Positions 1-12,281 of a stretch of 64,000 nucleotides of DNA are shown one piece after another. This stretch comes from the human T2T-CHM13v2.0 reference genome, Homo sapiens: the NCBI RefSeq assembly GCF_009914755.1, contig NC_060941.1. One strand, written 5' to 3'. Each line of letters starts with the position of its first letter. Positions within the stretch are counted from its first letter, which is position 1. Below the pieces are notes generated by a model. The model was not told where the DNA came from. It ran no database searches and worked only from the letters and a program-made list of their open reading frames with translations. A program made the position numbers and the translations under genes.

Positions 1-430
1 ATAAACAAAATGTGGCATATACATACAACGTATGCACATTTTTATTCAGCCATAAAAAGGAATGAAATTTTAATACAGGCTACAACATGGATGACCCTTA
101 AAAATGTTATGCTAAGTGAAAGAATCCAGACCCAGAAGGACAAATATTGTTTGATTCTCCTTATATGAGCTAACTAGAATATGCAAATTCATAGAGACAG
201 AAAATAGAAGTTACCATGGACTAAGGGTGGGGGGAATTGTGAGTCATTGTTTAATGGGTATGGAGTTTCTACCGGGGATTATTTAAAGTTCTGGAAATGG
301 ATAGTGGTGATGGTTGTACAATATTGTGAATGTACTTAATGCCACTGAATTGTACACATAAAATAATTTAAATGTACACATAAAATAGCTAAAATGCAGA
401 GATTAACTATTTTATACATAAAATAATTAA
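1..430 (+). mobile_element. Old L1 (L1MB/MC-type) 3'-end fragment
   Basis: Typical L1M 3' motifs: ataaacaaaatgtggcatatacataca, acaacatggatgaccctt, gttctggaaatggatagtggtgatggttgtacaa. Subfamily assignment is from memory. Confidence 0.75.
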
Positions 431-1395
431 AGCCCAGGAGTTCGAGGCTGCAGTGGGCTATGAGCACATGACTGCACACCACCCTGGGTGACAGAGCCAG
501 ACCCTGTCTTTAAAAAAAAAAAAAAAAAAAAGGTAAATTTTAGGTTATGCATATTTTACCACAGAAAAATTTGTTTAAGAGCCTGGCTATTGCATAGAAT
601 ATGGCCCCTCTTACAAACCCCTGATGGCATAAGTTTATGTAGTGGCCTTTCTATGAACCTACAGCCTTACTCTTGCACTGATCTACACATAGCTGTGGGG
701 CTCCTTCTACACTTCCAAGAATTTCCTGACCTCTGCCTGATTCTACAGTGAGCAGGGGATCCATAGCCCTGCCAGCCAGGAGCCCAGCTCCCCAGACTAT
801 GGACATCTACAACCAGGAGGCAGCCAGGCAAATGCTTCTGGAGTTAAAAGGCTGAGATTGAGCCCTGCCTTTGCCACTTACTTGGCACAGGTGCTTCATC
901 AAACGCCAACCTCTCCATCTCCACTCCTGTGCAATTGCAGCTACAAACTCTTACCTCGCAGGGTTATTGTAAGGATCAAATGAGGTCATACAATGGTCAA
1001 GTGCTGTACAAAGAGAGCTTTATGTTATTATGGTTGGAGTGATTCAGAAAGGATCAACCTAGTCACTTGTGCCCAGGAGTTTAAGACCAGCCTGGGCAAC
1101 ACAGTGAGATACCATCTCCACAAAAAATCAAAATGAACCAGGTGTGCCTGTAGTCCCAGGTACTCGGGAGGCTGAGGTGGAAGGATTGCTTGAGTGTGGG
1201 AGGTCAAACCTGCAGTGAGGTGTGATCGCGCCACTGCACTCCAGCCTGGGCGACAGAGCAAGACTCTGTCTCAAAAAAAAAAAAGGTTCAACTTAGGACT
1301 TAGGTCATCAACTTTAAGGAAAATTGATACCTTCAGAAGCTAGCTCTTTGCAAGCTAAACTTTTCTTGACATCACTCATGGTAAGGTCAGCAGTA

Positions 1396-1496
1396 GGGTG
1401 ACCAACTCTGCTGGTTTGCCCGAGACTGAGGGCATTCCCAGGATGGGAGTTTTCAGTGCTAAAACTGAGAAAGTTCTGGGTGTGAGTTGGTCACCC
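1396..1496. mobile_element. Short non-autonomous hAT DNA transposon (MER94-like)
   Basis: Perfect 13-bp terminal inverted repeats GGGTGACCAACTC (1396-1408) and GAGTTGGTCACCC (1484-1496). Family name recalled. Confidence 0.7.
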
Positions 1497-2144
1497 AAGC
1501 AGTAACCGCCCAATTGCTAATTCTAGAGCCTGCCTCCCTGGCCTGCTAGTCAATGCCTATTCGACCTGCCTTCCTTCTAGAACTTGGCCTCCAGAAGTAC
1601 TTGTGGATCTCCTGGCTAGATATACTTCCTCTGTTTGACTTTCATTGCTGACACTTCTCAGGATTTCTTCCTTTGCCTTTTGCTCTTATGATCCTACACT
1701 CCCTCCTTGGGAGATCTTGTTCATTCTCAGGACTCCTAAACACCTCCCACACAGTGGATAACTCCCAAATCTCCACGCAGACATTACTCTAGAGGCCAGC
1801 CTGGTATGTCCACCATCACTTACAAATACCCTCAGCTGTATCCAAAGTGAAATGTACAACCTTCACCACAGACTTTTTCCTTTTGGTTAATAACCCTAAC
1901 CCTCTTTTGCTGGGGCCAGAAGTCCACTTTCCCTTCCTCCTTCCTCTCCTTCAGCCACCATCCTCAGGCACCAAGTCCTACTGATCTAATCCCTAAATAT
2001 CTCTCAAATCTAGGTTGGGTGCAGTGGCTCACGCCTGTAATCCCAACACTTAGGGAGGCCGAGGCAGGCAGATCACTTGAGGTCAGGAATTTGAGACCAG
2101 CCTGACCAACATGGTGAAACCCTGTCTCGACTAAAAATTAGCTA

Positions 2145-2327
<183 letters not shown>

Positions 2328-2529
2328 TCATTCCCACTGCCATCGCCTCAATTCAGGCCTTGTCAACTCTTAGCTGGACAATAGCAACGGCCTTCTCGTG
2401 GTCGCCTGCTTCCGCTTCATCCCCTCTAACTGGTCCTCCATGTGGCTGCCAGAGTTGTCTTTCCATAATACAAATATGATCATGTCACTTCTTGGCTTGG
2501 GATTCCTCAAAGGTTCCCAATGGCCCAGC

Positions 2530-2945
2530 TCAGGGGTCAGCACACTTTCTGTAAAGGACTTGATGGTAAATAGTTTACGCTTTGGGGACAAGATGGTCTC
2601 TGTCTCAACTACTCAACTCTTATTGTGGCACAAAAGCAATACATAAATGAATGGGCATGGCTGTGGTCCAGTCAAACTTTATTTACTCAGCCAGGTGTGG
2701 TGGTGTGTGCCTGTGCTCCCAGCTATTCGGGAGGCTGAGGTGGAAGGATTACCTGAGCCCGGGAGTCGGAGGTTGCAGTGAGTCAAGATCATGCCACTGC
2801 CCTCCAGCCTGGGCCACAGAGTAAGAGGCTGTCTCAAAAGTAAACAAAAACAAAAACAAAAAAACTTTATTTACAAAAACATGTAGCATAACAGCCACCT
2901 CTCTCTTTGTTTGACCCAAGGGCAGTAGTTTGCTGACCTGGCCTA
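2530..2945 (+). mobile_element. MER58A-like hAT-Charlie element interrupted by an Alu fragment
   Basis: Begins caggggtcagcacactttctgtaaagg and ends gtagtttgctgacc. The segment aaactttattta occurs on both sides of the inserted Alu piece. Confidence 0.65.
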
Positions 2946-2953
2946 GGGAATAG

Positions 2954-3215
<262 letters not shown>

Positions 3216-4801
3216 TAGGCCTCCCAAAGTGCTGGGATTACAGGTGTGAGCCACCATGCCCAGCAGAATCCAAACTTCTTAGCATAACCCAAAAGACTCT
3301 TTACATGCAGCAGCCATGGGAAATGCCTTGCTCTCCCCAGAACGTAGCACCATGCCTTTGTATGTGCTGCCCCCTCCATTTGAAACATCCTTCCCCATCT
3401 CCCAAGTTGAGGGAGTCCACTAGTTCTTCAAGGTCTATTCTAAATGTTAGCTTCTCTGTGGAGCTGCCCCACAACCCCTTCAGGAGGAGTTGGTCGTCCC
3501 TCACCGACTCCAGCACTTTCTGTCTCTTTTACCACATTTATCATTCTATGAATGTATATGGTATTTATTTGTCATCATGTCTTTTGACTGTGATGCTTCA
3601 AAACCAGTCTTATTTATACTTCTTCCTCCCCCTAGTCCCAAGCACATTGCTGGGATTATGATAGGGTAATAATAGCTACTGCTAAACACCATATGTGTGT
3701 TCTCATTTAATACTCTCAGCAAAGCCCATGGAGGTAGGCACTGTTATCCCCATTATACAGATGAGGAAATGAGGCGTGGACAGTAGAAGTAACTTGCCCA
3801 GGTCACACAGCTAGTAATTGCATAGCCAAGACTAGCACTCAGATCTCTGACCCTGAAGCCTAAAGTTTGATTACCATATTATACTGACCAGTAGTTATTT
3901 GCTTAATTAATAGATGTATTAAGACAATAAATGTATTAATTATTTCCATGGCACAAGATGTCAAAATTACATGGAAAGTGGCTTTCCCTTCGGTCAAGAG
4001 CCCTGATTATAGTCACGGAGAAGAGCTGGCTAAATTCCCTGAGAACAGATGGGGCCCAGGAGAAGGTCACTGACTAGCTGATTATGAGCATGGGAAAAAG
4101 GACCTGAGCTATATTTCCACCATGTACCAAACCAGAGCAAGGTGGACCACTCCCATTTTAATCCTTCCAACAACTCTGCAAACTCCATGTTGTTATTTTC
4201 CTATTTAAATGAGGAACTGAGGCTTTAAAAGGTCAGAGATTGGCCAAGACCACACAGCTATTATAGATAATGTCAGAAGCAGGATTAAAACTCAAGTCTC
4301 AATGGCTCTAAAACCACAAGTAATTTCCACAAATCCAGTTTGTTCCAAAGAAAGAGTAACCAGCAGGGTCTCCTGATTTCCCACATAGCATCCAGCAAAT
4401 CCTGTCACCTGTCTCCAGCTCAGAGTTCCCACTTATAGAGGGGGGCTATAATCCTCCCAGCAGAGACAGAATGAACAAAACCAGGTTATGTCTCCATTAT
4501 TCTTTCCTTGGAAAATGGCTCTACATAGAAATCTATCTGGGCTGGGTGCGGTAGCTCACACCTATAATCCCAGCACTTTAGGAGGCCAAGGCAGGAGGAT
4601 CACTTGATCTCAGGAGTTCAAGATGAGCCTGGGCACATGGGGAGACCCCATCTCTACAAAAAATTAAAAAATTAAACAATAGCTGGGTGCAGTAGCTCAC
4701 GTCTGTAATCCCAGCACTTTGGGAGGCCGAGACGGGCAGATCACTTGAGGTCAGGAGTTCAAGACCAGCCTGGCCAACATGGAGAAACCCTGTCTCTACT
4801 A

Positions 4802-5072
<271 letters not shown>

Positions 5073-7429
5073 TCAGTACCACCCTGCATTATCCTCCCCC
5101 TTCCCAGGGGCAACCACTATTCTGAATTGGATGTTTGTTATTTCCATGCACTTTCATACGCTTTTATTACATAGCATATATCCTCAAACAATATAAAATA
5201 TTATTTTACCTAGTTTGTAAAAATAATACCACACTGTCATTACTCTTCTGAAACTTGCTCTTTTTGCTCATCATTGAAAGATTCCTATTATTTTTAAAAA
5301 AAGAATAACAAAATAAAGAAGAAAGATTCCTATTAATATGATTAGCTCTAATTTATTCATTTCACTGTTGTATAATATTCCATGATGTGAATATAACACA
5401 GTCTGTCTATTCTGTTGATAAATATTCATGGTTGTTTCTGGTTTTTGCTATTTGCAAAATAATGCTGCTATGAACATTGTGAGACATATCTTCAGGTGCT
5501 CACTGTGCAAGATATTTTCTGGTGCATATATTTAGGAATAGAATTGCTGAGTCACAGGAGGTTGACATCTCCAATTATCCTAGATATTGTCCCCCTCACT
5601 TTTTTTTTTTTTTTTGAGATGGAGTCTTGCTGTGTCTCCCAAGCTGGAGTTCAGAGGTGTGATCTCGGCTCACTGCAACCTCCGCCTCCTGGATTCAAGT
5701 GATTCTCCTGCCTCAGCCTCCTGAGTAGCAGAGACTACAGGCGTGCACCACCATGCCTGGCTAATTTTTTTATTTTTAGTAGAGACGGGGTTTCACCATG
5801 TTAGCCAGCTTGGTCTCGAACTCCCAACTTCAGGCAACTGCCCGCCTTGGCCTCCCAAAATGCTGGGATTACAGGCGTGAGCCACTGCGCCTGCCGCCCC
5901 CGCCACACACACTTTTTAGGACCTAGACATCAATAATCTGAGGCTGAAAAGCAGCTTCAATTGCAGCAAGCAGGACTGAAATTAGACCCTGCAAGGAACT
6001 TTTTTAGTTGTTAAAGGATTGTTAGAAATCGGCCCAAGTTGTGGAAGACACTGGAGGAATGTCTGTCACTCTGCTTTTCTGACATGCCTCAAGTACAGCT
6101 CAGTCTGGACTCAGTTCTAATTGTAGCCTAAAGATTTCAAAATTAATTAAATCGGCATATATGAGTTGAGCTCCTATTCCACGCAAAGTGCTAAGCTGGG
6201 AGCAGAAGCTTGTGTCCTCTTCCTGCAAAGCACATCGTCACCACCCCTCCTTGCAACTGAGATGAAAGACCAATGAGAGACATGTGCAAAGTTACACAGC
6301 AGGATGGGATTTAAATAACTGCTGAAGACCACAGTAAAGGGGAAGTCACAAAATACTGCGTGACTAATTGTTAAGTGAAATTGCCTTGGAGGCACAGAGG
6401 AAAAAAATCAGAGCAGTGGTCAAGGAACGTTGCACAGAAAAAAGGTAGTATCTGAGCAATAATAGTAGAATGTAGGTGATAATCATGGCATCTACTACTC
6501 ATTGATGAACATTGTGTGCCTTGCACTTTACTCAGAGTATCTTGTTTAATCCTCACAATGACCCTGTGAAGAAAGTATGATTAGTCTCTTCTGACACAGC
6601 AGGAAACTGATCACCAGAAGACCAAGTAGCTTACGCAAGCTCACACAACCACCGAGTGGCGGGGCAGGATTCGAACTTAGTCCTGAAGCCTCCCACGTCA
6701 GAGGTCCCCGGGAGGGAACACAAGCAAAGGGTGGGAGGTAGGGGAGGGAGCCCCAGGCACAGCTCCTGGTGTGGCTAGAATGGAGGGCTTCTTTGGAAAA
6801 AGTAGGTGATCCGGCTAGAAAAGGAGGTCCAGGCTGGCTCATGGAAGATGCTGGTTTCCAGGCATAGGAACTTTAAGTGATTAATTCAAGGAGATTCCAC
6901 AGCGAGGCAGGTGTATGTTGGAATAGAGGAAAGGGCAGTGCAGGCAGAGAGGTGCCTGGCAGGTTCAGCAACAGCAGTGCAGGGGGCCGAAAATACAAAC
7001 TTGAACAAGGAAGATGACTTGGGGACCCAACAGAGGGGACAGGTGTAGGAGAGACTTACAAGGAAGAATGTGTGGGGACTTGGCTTCCAACAGCCGTAAG
7101 AGCAACTGAGGGAGGAATTGACAATAGATTCCACAATTGTGGGTGGCCCAGGAAGCTAGGCAAGCAAAAGCAACGCTGTAGGCAGCTGAGGTTAATACAA
7201 ATGGCTAACGTTTGTTACCAGCTACTATCTATAAGCACTTTACATGTATAAACTCATTTCACCCTCACAGCATTCCTATGAAGTAGGAGTGAGGATCTAT
7301 TATGATTTCCGTTTTTCAGTTAGAGAAACTGGGGTACAGAGAAGTTAAGCAATTTGTCTGAGGTTACACCACTGGTAAATGGCAGAGCTGGGATTTGAAC
7401 CTGGGTTCCAGAGGCCTCACTCTTCATCA

Positions 7430-8485
7430 CTTCACTAAACTGTGTCTGTTGAGGTAACATCTTCAGAAAGAAGCAGGGTTTTCCACTCCCACTCCACATT
7501 CCCCACCCTCAAAGACCAAGCAGGATGGCAGGATTTTTTTGCTGAGTGGCATTGCTGGGGGGGAGTGTCAGGTCTCTGCTGCTACCCTAAGCCAGCTGCT
7601 TGTCACCACCGGGCAGTGAGCATGGGGCGTGCGGTGCTGGGGCCTGCACTGCTGGGGCACTCACCAGCAGGAGGGCACCTGGAGCACGGTCCTTCCTCAT
7701 CACAGTGGAGCAGAAGTAGCACTAGCTGGTGCAGGCCACAGAGCGTGCCTGGCAAGGGAAGACCCAGCCCAGGTAGCACAACTCCATCGGGTTCAGGAGG
7801 AAGCAGCCCAACCCCACCTGCACATGAAGTTCAGGAAGATTTTCTTCCTCATGGCTCTGGACACAAAGCAGTCAGGACTGGAGGGACAGGGGAGGAGTGG
7901 CAGTGAAGCAACCATGGCACATCACACCCAGAGAGTAGACCCCACCAGGAAGGCCAGCTCCATGCAGGCCCGCAGCACCACGTGGGCAGTGCAGACAGCC
8001 AGGACCCTGTATGACTGCAGGCTGGGGTACCAGGTGGCAGCCCCAAGGCATTTGGGGAAAAACCTCCTCTCCTACTAAGAGCTGCCCCTCTAGAAAGAAA
8101 GAAGCCCCCAGGGGCCCCAGCCTGGGTCCAGGGAGAGCCCCTCCAGCTGCCAGCTCTTGCACGGTTTCCAGCAGGTACACCCTCTCCACATCCACTGTCT
8201 CCCATTCACCATCTAGTGCAGCACACAGACAACAAAGAAGATGGAGGGTACGGCCACCAGCACAATCTGGAAAGCCCCAGCGGAAGTGGGAGAAGTGGTC
8301 ATTGGTGCAGCCAGGCCGCAGGGTATTGCAGATGAACTTGCAGTGCTCATCCCACAGACAGCACTTCCCAGCAGGGCGACAAGCAGGATGTGTAAGACCA
8401 GGACAGTGAGCCATACCTTGCCAACCACGGTGGAATCGTTCTGCACTCGGGTCAGGAGCCAGCCCAGGAATGACCAGTCGCTCAT
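7430..8485 (-). pseudogene. Disrupted connexin (gap junction protein) pseudogene, non-processed; 3' end approximate
   Basis: Minus strand from ATG 8485: MSDWSFLGWLLTRVQNDSTVVGKVWLTVLVLHILLVALLGSAV /fs ~8355/ WDEHCKFICNTLRPGCTN-DHFSHFR /fs/ AFQIVLVAVPSIFFVVCVLH* (TAG 8215-8213). Then TM3 RVLAVCTAHVVLRACMELAFLVG (~8008-7941), E2 GCDVPWLLHCHS /fs/ PCPSSPDCFVSRAMRKKIFLNFM, and TM4 VGLGCFLLNPMELCYLGW (~7820-7764). These match the connexin signatures MxDWxxL, STxxGKxWL, DExxxFxCNTxxPGC, DCFVSRPTEK and LNxxEL. Confidence 0.93.
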
Positions 8486-8495
8486 CTTGTGATTT

Positions 8496-8557
8496 CTGTG
8501 GACACAGAAATCACAAGAAATTGAAGTGAGGGGACAGGAAGGGAAGGGGACGAAAAC
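8496..8557 (-). other. Splice acceptor (polypyrimidine tract + CAG) in front of the connexin coding exon
   Basis: Minus strand: gttttcgtccccttcccttcctgtcccctcacttcaatttcttgtgatttctgtgtccacAG|aaatcacaagATG. The AG is at 8497-8496, 10 nt before the ATG, which matches the usual connexin layout of a non-coding first exon plus one coding exon. Confidence 0.7.
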
Positions 8558-9182
8558 ATAATGCCCCCACAGCCAGATATTTGCAAAGCTATTTCTGGCC
8601 CACAGCAAGAGCTCCAGCTCCATCTGTGCCTGACGCCCAGGCATGCCACTCGCTGCCTGACAAGGATGGGAAGAACAAGCTGGCAGAGAAAAGGACACTG
8701 CAGAAGAAAAGATGGAAGCAGTGACTCCCAGAAGGAGCCCAACGCAGCCCAACATTCACCAAGACAGGCTGCACACTTCTATTACAGTTAGGCTTCCACT
8801 GAACTCTTCCTAACTCAACAGGCTTTCGGGCCTCCCAACTGTCTTGGCATTTTCTTCAGATCGACATAGTACCAGGCATATTTCTCCCAAGATGCCACGG
8901 TGGAAATTCATGACCTAGATTGTGTTTCTTCCGAGTCCAGGGTAACATGTTTTTTGACTACTATGTCAGGGTTTGAAAGAGACAGGCCTTACATCCTCCT
9001 GTCTCTGTCCAGTGGATTCTCCTTAAGGCCTCATATTGCAACAATCTCATTTTACTTTACATTTCTGCAGCTTCTGACCCTGAGAATTACTGAAAAAATT
9101 CCCAAGGGTATAGCTTGTGGGGCATTTACACCCATTATTTCTGTCAACACTCTCCCTTCTGCCTCTCAAATAAACATGTAGT

Positions 9183-9665
9183 TTATTTATTTATTGTATT
9201 TTTTTAGAGACAGGGTCTTACTCTGTCACCCAGGCTGGAGTGCAGTAACATGAACATAGTTCACTGTAACCTCAAACTCCTAGGCGGAAGTGATCCTCCT
9301 GCCTCAGCCTCCTGAGTAGCTAGGACTACAGGTGTGTCCCACATGCCCAGCTAATTAAAAAAAAAATTTGCCGGGCACCATGGCTCATGCCTGTAACCCC
9401 AGCACTTTGGGAGGCTGAGGCATGCAGATAACTTGAGGCCAGAAATTCGAGACTGCCTGGCCAACATGGCAAAACCCCAACTCCTGACTCTACTAAAAAT
9501 ACAAAAATTAGCCAGGCGTGGTGGCGCATGCCTTGTAGTCCCAGCTACTCGGGAGGCTGAGGCAGGAAAATCGCTTGAATCCAGTAAGCGGAGGCTGCAG
9601 TGAGCCGAGCTCATCATGCCACTGTACTCCAGCCTGGGCGACAGGGTGAGACGCCATCTCAGAAA

Positions 9666-9699
<34 letters not shown>

Positions 9700-10043
9700 T
9701 ATATATATTGTATATTATATATATTATATATATTATATATTTTATATATATTATGTATTATATAATATATTTTATATATATTATATATTATATAATATAT
9801 ATTATATATATTTTATATATAATATATATTATATATATATTATATATAATATATATTATATAATATATATTATATATAATATATATTATATAATATATAA
9901 TATATAATATATATATTTTGTAGAGGCTTGAGGGAGTCTTCTTATCTCACCCAGGCTGGTCTCGAACTCCTGGCCTCAAGCGATCCTCCCACCTCAGCCT
10001 CCCAAAGTGCTGGGATTACGGTCGTGAGCCACTGCACCCAGCT
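9183..10043. mobile_element. Minus-strand AluJ split at its central linker by a plus-strand Alu (9370-9666) and its TG/TA tail
   Basis: Antisense right arm at 9183-9355, sense Alu at 9370-9666, antisense left arm resumes at about 9915-10043. Confidence 0.8.
9668..9916. repeat. (TG)n followed by ~220 bp of interrupted (TA)n
   Basis: Seen directly; produces the spurious YI-rich ORFs 9600-9907. Confidence 0.95.
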
Positions 10044-11554
10044 GACACAGTACGTAGCCTGCTTACTACGCAGCAGTACGTAGCATGCTTACTATACAAA
10101 CTCAGGGTAAAGACCAGACCCCAGCCTTCCCTGTAACTGATTGCCTTCTCTAACTCCCTCCTAAACAGAATCCTGGAGATCCTACTGAGAACCTTCCTTC
10201 TTCCTCCTTAACTTTCAGGAAGCCAAGTTGTCTTGACTCTTATCTCCCTGGCTGCTCCGTTTGAGTCAATGTGCTGTTCTTCTCTCCACTCTGTAGACAT
10301 TAATGTTCCTCAGGATACTTTAAGCCTCTTACTGGTCCTGGAGGACGCAGTCCACTAGGATGGCCACAGGCATTTCCAACTCACATTAAACATACTCTCC
10401 TGGGCCGGGTGTGGTGGCTCACGCCTGTAATTACAGCACTTTGGGAGGCTGAGGCAGGCGGATCGTCTGAGGTCAGGAGTTTTTGAGATCAGCCTGGCCA
10501 ACATGGTGAAACCCCAGCTCTACTAAAAATACAAAAACTAGCTGGGTGTGGTGGCAGGTGCCTGTAATCGCAGCTACTCAGGAGGCTGGGGCAGGAGAAT
10601 CACTTGAACCTGGGAGACAGAGGTTGCAGTGAGCCGAGATTATGCCACTTCACTCCAGCCTGGGTGACAGAGTGAGACTCTTTCTCAAAACAAACAAACA
10701 AACAAAACTTACTCTCCTGGAAAGGAGTGTTATAGTGGCTATGAACTCAGACTTAGACACCCAGAGCTGTGTAACCTCGAGCAAGTTGCTTAAACTCTCT
10801 ATGCTTCTGTTTCTTCATCTGTGTAATGGAGATTCTAAGGGGATTTACCTCATAGAGTTGTATGGGTTACTTGAGTTAATGTATGTAAAGGACTTAGAAA
10901 AGTGCTTGGCACATGGTAAGTACTTCATTAATATTAAGTATTATTATCTCTCCTCCAAAGCTACTCCTCTTCCTGTCTTGGTGAATGGCACCATCATCCA
11001 AGTTGCCCAAATCCTGATCATTATCCATCATTTCTCCCTCTCGCTTCTCCTCATCTAATTGGTAACCAAGTCCCCACAGTACTACTTCCTTAATATCTCT
11101 CACACCCACTGCCTTCTCATCAGTCCATGGCATAGACTTAGTCCAGACCTTCCCCTTTCTCTTGCCGGCATTATTACACTAACCTCCTAGTAACTTGCTC
11201 TGCCTCCAGTTTTGTCCCTTTGATCTACCCTCAAATGGCTGCATTCCTATAGATTTTTTTTTTTTTTTTGAGACGGAGTCTTGCTCTGTCGCCCAGGCTG
11301 GAGAGCAGTGGTGTGATCTCAGCTCACCGTAACCTCACCTCCTGGGTTCAAGCAATTCTCCTGCCTCAACCTCCTGAGTAGCTGGGACTACAGGCACGTG
11401 CCACCACACCTGGCTAAATGGCTGCATTCCTAAAATGCATATCTGGTTATGCATATGGTTTCATCTCCCTCATCAAAACTCAGCCGCGTGCAAAGGCTCA
11501 CGCCTGTAATTCCAACCCTTTGGAAGGCCAAGGTGGATGTATCACTTGATCTCA

Positions 11555-11848
<294 letters not shown>

Positions 11849-12281
11849 CTAACTCCCCAAGAAGGCATGTAAGACCCTCTCTAATCTAGTCTCTGCCTAC
11901 ACCTCCAGCCCCATCTGTGTCCTCCTTACCCTTCAGCTCTCAGACTTCCTGGAAGCCCTACACACCTGCAGACAGCTTCATGCTCCTGAGCAGTCACTCA
12001 CCCTCTTCCTCTGCCTGTCCAGCCCCACTGTCTTCCAGCCAATTCTTACTTACCTCCCAACATTCAGTTCAAGCAGTACCTTCTCCAAGGAAGTTTCCTG
12101 ATCCTATCCCAGAAAGGACTGACCATGCCCATGGTGGTCTCCTGCTTAGTGCATTGTCTGCTGAACATAATGTCTGTAATTTCCATTTATAAACAAATTT
12201 CATTTAAAACATAAGAATTATCTCCATTACTTGACTGCGAATCATTCAATGGCAGAAACTGTATCTTATTTGTCACTACTC

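Noticed and set aside
5544-5553. TGCTGAGTCA Maf/NF-E2 element
   Set aside because: It lies in an old L1 remnant 52 kb from CRYBA1 and is part of common L1 sequence; no other support.
8024-8042. CTCF-like GGTACCAGGTGGCAG
   Set aside because: It lacks the conserved CC at the 5' end of the core and lies in former coding sequence; weaker than the other candidates.
7442-8492. Several long plus-strand ORFs (154, 149, 132 and 83 aa)
   Set aside because: They are antisense shadows of the GC-rich connexin pseudogene and show no recognisable domain.
8213-8755. 180-aa minus ORF as an intact membrane protein with a long N-terminal extension
   Set aside because: Only the part from 8485 is connexin-like. 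The upstream part crosses a polypyrimidine tract and acceptor, and the frame leaves the connexin sequence at ~8355.
9600-9907. Tyr/Ile-rich ORFs
   Set aside because: Translation of the (TG)/(TA) simple repeat.
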